A stretch of 64,000 nucleotides of DNA from Pseudovirgaria hyperparasitica (lineage: Eukaryota). The notes beneath the pieces were generated by a model, which had not been told where the DNA came from, ran no database searches, and saw only the letters and a program-made list of their open reading frames with translations. Location: assembly GCA_010093815.1 (NCBI GenBank), contig ML996580.1. The stretch is one strand, 5' to 3'. Positions 60,681 through 64,000 of this stretch are shown here, in pieces. The number at the start of each line of letters is the position of its first letter. Positions within the stretch are counted from its first letter, which is position 1. The position numbers were made by a program, and so were the translations under genes.

Positions 60681-62070
60681 CCTTTCTTGTCTCTTCTTCG
60701 ACAAGGCTACAGGCGACTCCGGGGACTGTACGCGAACGTCGATAGCGTAATCAATGGTAGATGAATAGAGCAATGGTTTGCCCGAGTGCGTGGGGGACTT
60801 CAGGACCAGGGACGCTCTTGCGGACGAAGCGGGATGCAGAGAGGCAGAGAAGGCCTAAGAAAGTAGCAAACGAGCGCCATCAATGAGGATAGATAGGTAG
60901 GCAGCGGACACAACAGCATGCAGCCGGCGCATTTGGAGAACTTCTCGAAAGCGCCTCTTTCGGAGCTGTACGACTTTGGGGGACACAGCATTGCATGGAT
61001 TATACATATACGTAAGACCTAAAAGTTATCGCCGACGCCCCACTACCCTTCCCTCCAAGCCATTACCAACGCTGATCCATGAGGCTTGAACGGGCGTGCG
61101 TTCCTTGCCGCTTTCTCTTCGTCCAACGTCCACCACGCAGCCCGTGCGCTTGGCCAGGATGGATATCATTATCACGTCTTGTTTCTTTCAAATGGATGTT
61201 GATTATCTCGGTTGAGTAGGCTGTTTCATCTTACACAACTGGCAGGAGACGTGTAAGTGCGACATTATATAGCCCGTAGCGGACTTTTGCTGTTCCTCCT
61301 CCTGCTGCCTGCATACACCAACCACCGTTGCTACGGACAGAGCTGCTCCTCTACTTAATATCTAATTACCAGGTCCTCAGCGGCACGCGAGCTTACTATT
61401 AGCGACCACAGCGTCCTCAGCGGTCATGCAGGGGAAGCCTGGTGGCTGACCGGGGCGAGACTCATTGCGCATCCGGCTCTTCTGCCTTATTGTGTTTGCA
61501 TTATCACTAACAATGATGCGTCTATCTTACTATCTCCAGTCTCGGCGAGTCGTGGCCAACCGGCAACGTCTCATCCTCCATGGATCCTGCGCTCGAGCAC
61601 GCGTTCACCCCACACCTTCACTGCAAGAGTTGCGACGCTCCGTGGACGGCATTTGATAAAGACAAGGCAATCCAGCCTCTCTGCCGCATCGTGTCCAACC
61701 CATCGGGATATCTGGCACCTACTATTTCCACATTGCGAACGCACGGTGACATGTAAAGTCTCCCTGAGCAACGGAATGCCAGCTGCTACGTCCCGAAAAC
61801 GGTCTGCTGCAGACCGGAGACGCCGTGTCCTGCATCATAGCTTGTGCTGAAGGCAATCGCGTTCGGGTCGCGGATGCATATGTTGGTGCCCTGGCCGGCG
61901 TCATTGCGTTTGTTCAACAGCTATCACCAACCTACGCACTGCCACCTTCCCATGCTTTCGCGGCATGGATCTGATACACAGTCGCACAGACTGGCCATGA
62001 TATGCCACTTATTGGAAGTGCTTGGATCAAGATGCATGGATTCATTTGATGGATCCTCGTTCTCTCATTT

Positions 62071-63183
62071 CTACCCTATATTCAACGTGTTTCCACTTCC
62101 CCTTGGGTTGTCTTCCTTGAACTCATCCCACTGTCTGGCTTTCATTGTCTCTGCATCTGCCTTGTCTAGGTCATCCTCGTCTGGCTCAGGTCTGTACTCG
62201 CTCTGAGGCCCCCCTCCTTCGATCATCCCCCCTCTTCGCTTCTCTTCCTCCAAGTACTCATCAATCGTCATTGTTGGCAGACTGTGGTCCGGCCGGAATA
62301 CACCATCCTGCAGTCTTTGCCTCTTGTCCAAAAGTGTGAATGGTCTCATCGGTTTACCGTCTTTTGACAGGATTGGTCCAGTCAAACCCGCCAGAGGTCG
62401 GCGAAGATCTGTGTCTAAACGCTCTGAGAACGCATTGTGATCATCATTGCGTTCGCGTGGGTCATCTGATGTCTGTCCAGGTTGAGTTGGAGCTTGTGGT
62501 GCACGTTTGAGGATTTGTAGCTCTTGTCCAATGGATTCAAGGCTCTGAAAAGTTTGGTGCACATGGAAAGCTATCTGAGTAAGTTGCAATTTTCGAAGCG
62601 CATCGTCATCGTTCTCCAGTGCTGTCGGATTTTGCCTCAGAAGTTGTAACTTGCTTTTCAACTCTTTTTCTTCTCGAAATCGAGCTATCTTCGCTTCACG
62701 ACGTTTTGCAGCATCGGATGGGGCAGGCGAGAATGTTAATGGTGAATCTTGATACTGCTCGTAAAGCTTTGAGTCAGACTTAGACAGCATATCATAGTTG
62801 TCCAGAAGCTTTAGGAACTTGTCGTACGAGGTTTGAGCGCGGCATAAGTAAGACACACGATTACCACCTGTGATTTTCTGGACAAGGTCTGCGAGATGGT
62901 AATGTATATTGAGGTATCTAATGTATATATCAGTCACGTGCAATCGGATAATGACGGTGAGCACGTACTGTAGGTCTCCGGACGAAATATCTTCTAAGGA
63001 CTCATTCGGGCTGAATAACGATACTCGTTCGACGGCTTCGAGACACTCTTCATATGTGTCGATGGTGATTGAAAGGTTTTCTTGAAAAGTGGCGGAATTT
63101 GTGTCCCACGTCGACTCTAGATCTCTGCTTTTGGCTTGAGCTTCCGCAAACAGCCCACGCAGGTTTTGTGATCGATCTCCCAT
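62071..63183 (-). CDS. TAP42: Tap42/alpha4 PP2A-family phosphatase regulator (~353 aa after splicing)
   Basis: SLFSPNESLEDISSGDLQ, RREAKIARFREEKELK, GPILSKDGKPMRPFTL, VFRPDHSLPTMTIDEYLEEE and KARQWDEFKEDNPRGSGNTLNIG. Intron 62968-62918 (GTACGT...CTGAT...TAG; 51 nt, in frame). Confidence 0.95.
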   Translation of the reverse strand: MGDRSQNLRGLFAEAQAKSRDLESTWDTNSATFQENLSITIDTYEECLEAVERVSLFSPNESLEDISSGDLQYVLTVIIRLHVTDIYIRYLNIHYHLADLVQKITGGNRVSYLCRAQTSYDKFLKLLDNYDMLSKSDSKLYEQYQDSPLTFSPAPSDAAKRREAKIARFREEKELKSKLQLLRQNPTALENDDDALRKLQLTQIAFHVHQTFQSLESIGQELQILKRAPQAPTQPGQTSDDPRERNDDHNAFSERLDTDLRRPLAGLTGPILSKDGKPMRPFTLLDKRQRLQDGVFRPDHSLPTMTIDEYLEEEKRRGGMIEGGGPQSEYRPEPDEDDLDKADAETMKARQWDEFKEDNPRGSGNTLNIG

Positions 63184-63606
63184 CTTTTAACCTCTTGTTG
63201 CAAAGCTCAAGCCGATGTAGTTTGGGTATTTGACGGGTTCTTTAGGCAGACGTGAAGGATCGTGAGTTGATGGCAAGAGTTAAGAGGAAGCGCCTCGTAC
63301 CGCAGCCTACCTATGGCGTGCGTTGTATTCAGCACGTACCCGGCAACACAAACACATTGCTCTCTTTCACCCGCCCTGCAATGAACTATAGGTATCAAAC
63401 TCTCCGTCAACCCTACAAGTAACAATTCATGCTCACGGGAAGATGCCCCTTTCAAATGACAGTAGACACTTCAACTAGACAGACTCGTCCTGTCTTTACG
63501 TGCACGCGCATGCAAAGCACCATCAATCCTCAGTTCATAACGTGCACTGACTATCAACCTCTTGACGTTTGTCATTGGCATTAACAAGTATTCGTCCTTG
63601 AACATC

Positions 63607-64000
63607 ATGTCCACCGATCAGTCTAGTTCCTTTGAGTCTGGGCGACATACTGTGGAGAACACCGCATTATCAATCGCACATGTTCAGAATGCAACTGAGG
63701 GGCTATCAGAACTCGACAGTAACCAAGGTGGCGACTCTGACGATGACGATGTTGTGGAAAAACACAGCAGCAATGACAATGAAACACCTACCATCTCCGA
63801 GAAGCGCAGGATCGAGAACGCTGTGTTGAAGGAATACGCGGAAAAACTATGCGCCCGAAAGACCAAAACACAGATCAAGGAAGTCCTTAAAACAGAGAAA
63901 GATGAGTCACTATCTATTCGCGAGCTTCTCGCAAAACAAGAGACAAGTAAGCGAATCGAGACTCCTAGGGACTACCAGAATGAATTGTTCGAAAAGGCCA
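63607..64000 (+). CDS. DCL1: 5' part of a probable Dicer-like protein 1 (runs off the window)
   Basis: Open frame from ATG 63607 to the window end: acidic N-terminus, ISEKRRIENAVLK, LSIRELLAKQE, then PRDYQNELFEKA, matching the PRxYQxELFE Q-motif that opens the helicase domain of fungal Dcl1. Downstream domains are not visible. Confidence 0.75.
   Translation, partial: MSTDQSSSFESGRHTVENTALSIAHVQNATEGLSELDSNQGGDSDDDDVVEKHSSNDNETPTISEKRRIENAVLKEYAEKLCARKTKTQIKEVLKTEKDESLSIRELLAKQETSKRIETPRDYQNELFEKA

Noticed and set aside
56171..60950. Heat-shock-element-like TTCnnGAA upstream of Lon (56171) and TSC1 (~60942)
   Set aside because: Only two correctly spaced units each, which is expected by chance.

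Overview
Gene-dense eukaryotic DNA from a filamentous ascomycete (Pezizomycotina, probably a Dothideomycete; inferred from the proteins and the short GT-AG introns with CTRAY branch sites). I found no prokaryotic features, CRISPR arrays, rRNA/tRNA genes or intact transposons. Twelve protein-coding genes can be modelled, with splice sites read by hand. In order: cytoplasmic dynein heavy chain (-), plasma-membrane H+-ATPase PMA1 (-), a WD40/coiled-coil protein (+), a DHCR24-like FAD oxidoreductase (+), an Nmd4-like PIN protein (+), IML1/DEPDC5 (-), ergothioneine synthase EGT1 (-), CHO2 (+), peroxisomal Lon (-), TSC1/hamartin (-), TAP42 (-) and the 5' end of a probable Dicer-like 1 (+). The most notable observations are: (i) three TORC1-pathway genes bracketing two divergent SAM-consuming methyltransferases within 26 kb; (ii) an Nmd4-like gene with stop-start uORFs, suggesting NMD autoregulation; (iii) an outsized EGT1 intron at the methyltransferase/sulfoxide-synthase junction containing a candidate in-frame cassette exon; (iv) 25 PacC-type GCCARG sites in the 7.8-kb region upstream of PMA1; (v) a NEDD1-like domain architecture; (vi) microsatellite mosaics and AT islands flanked by GC-shifted gene ends. 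All gene models are manual and lack transcript support.
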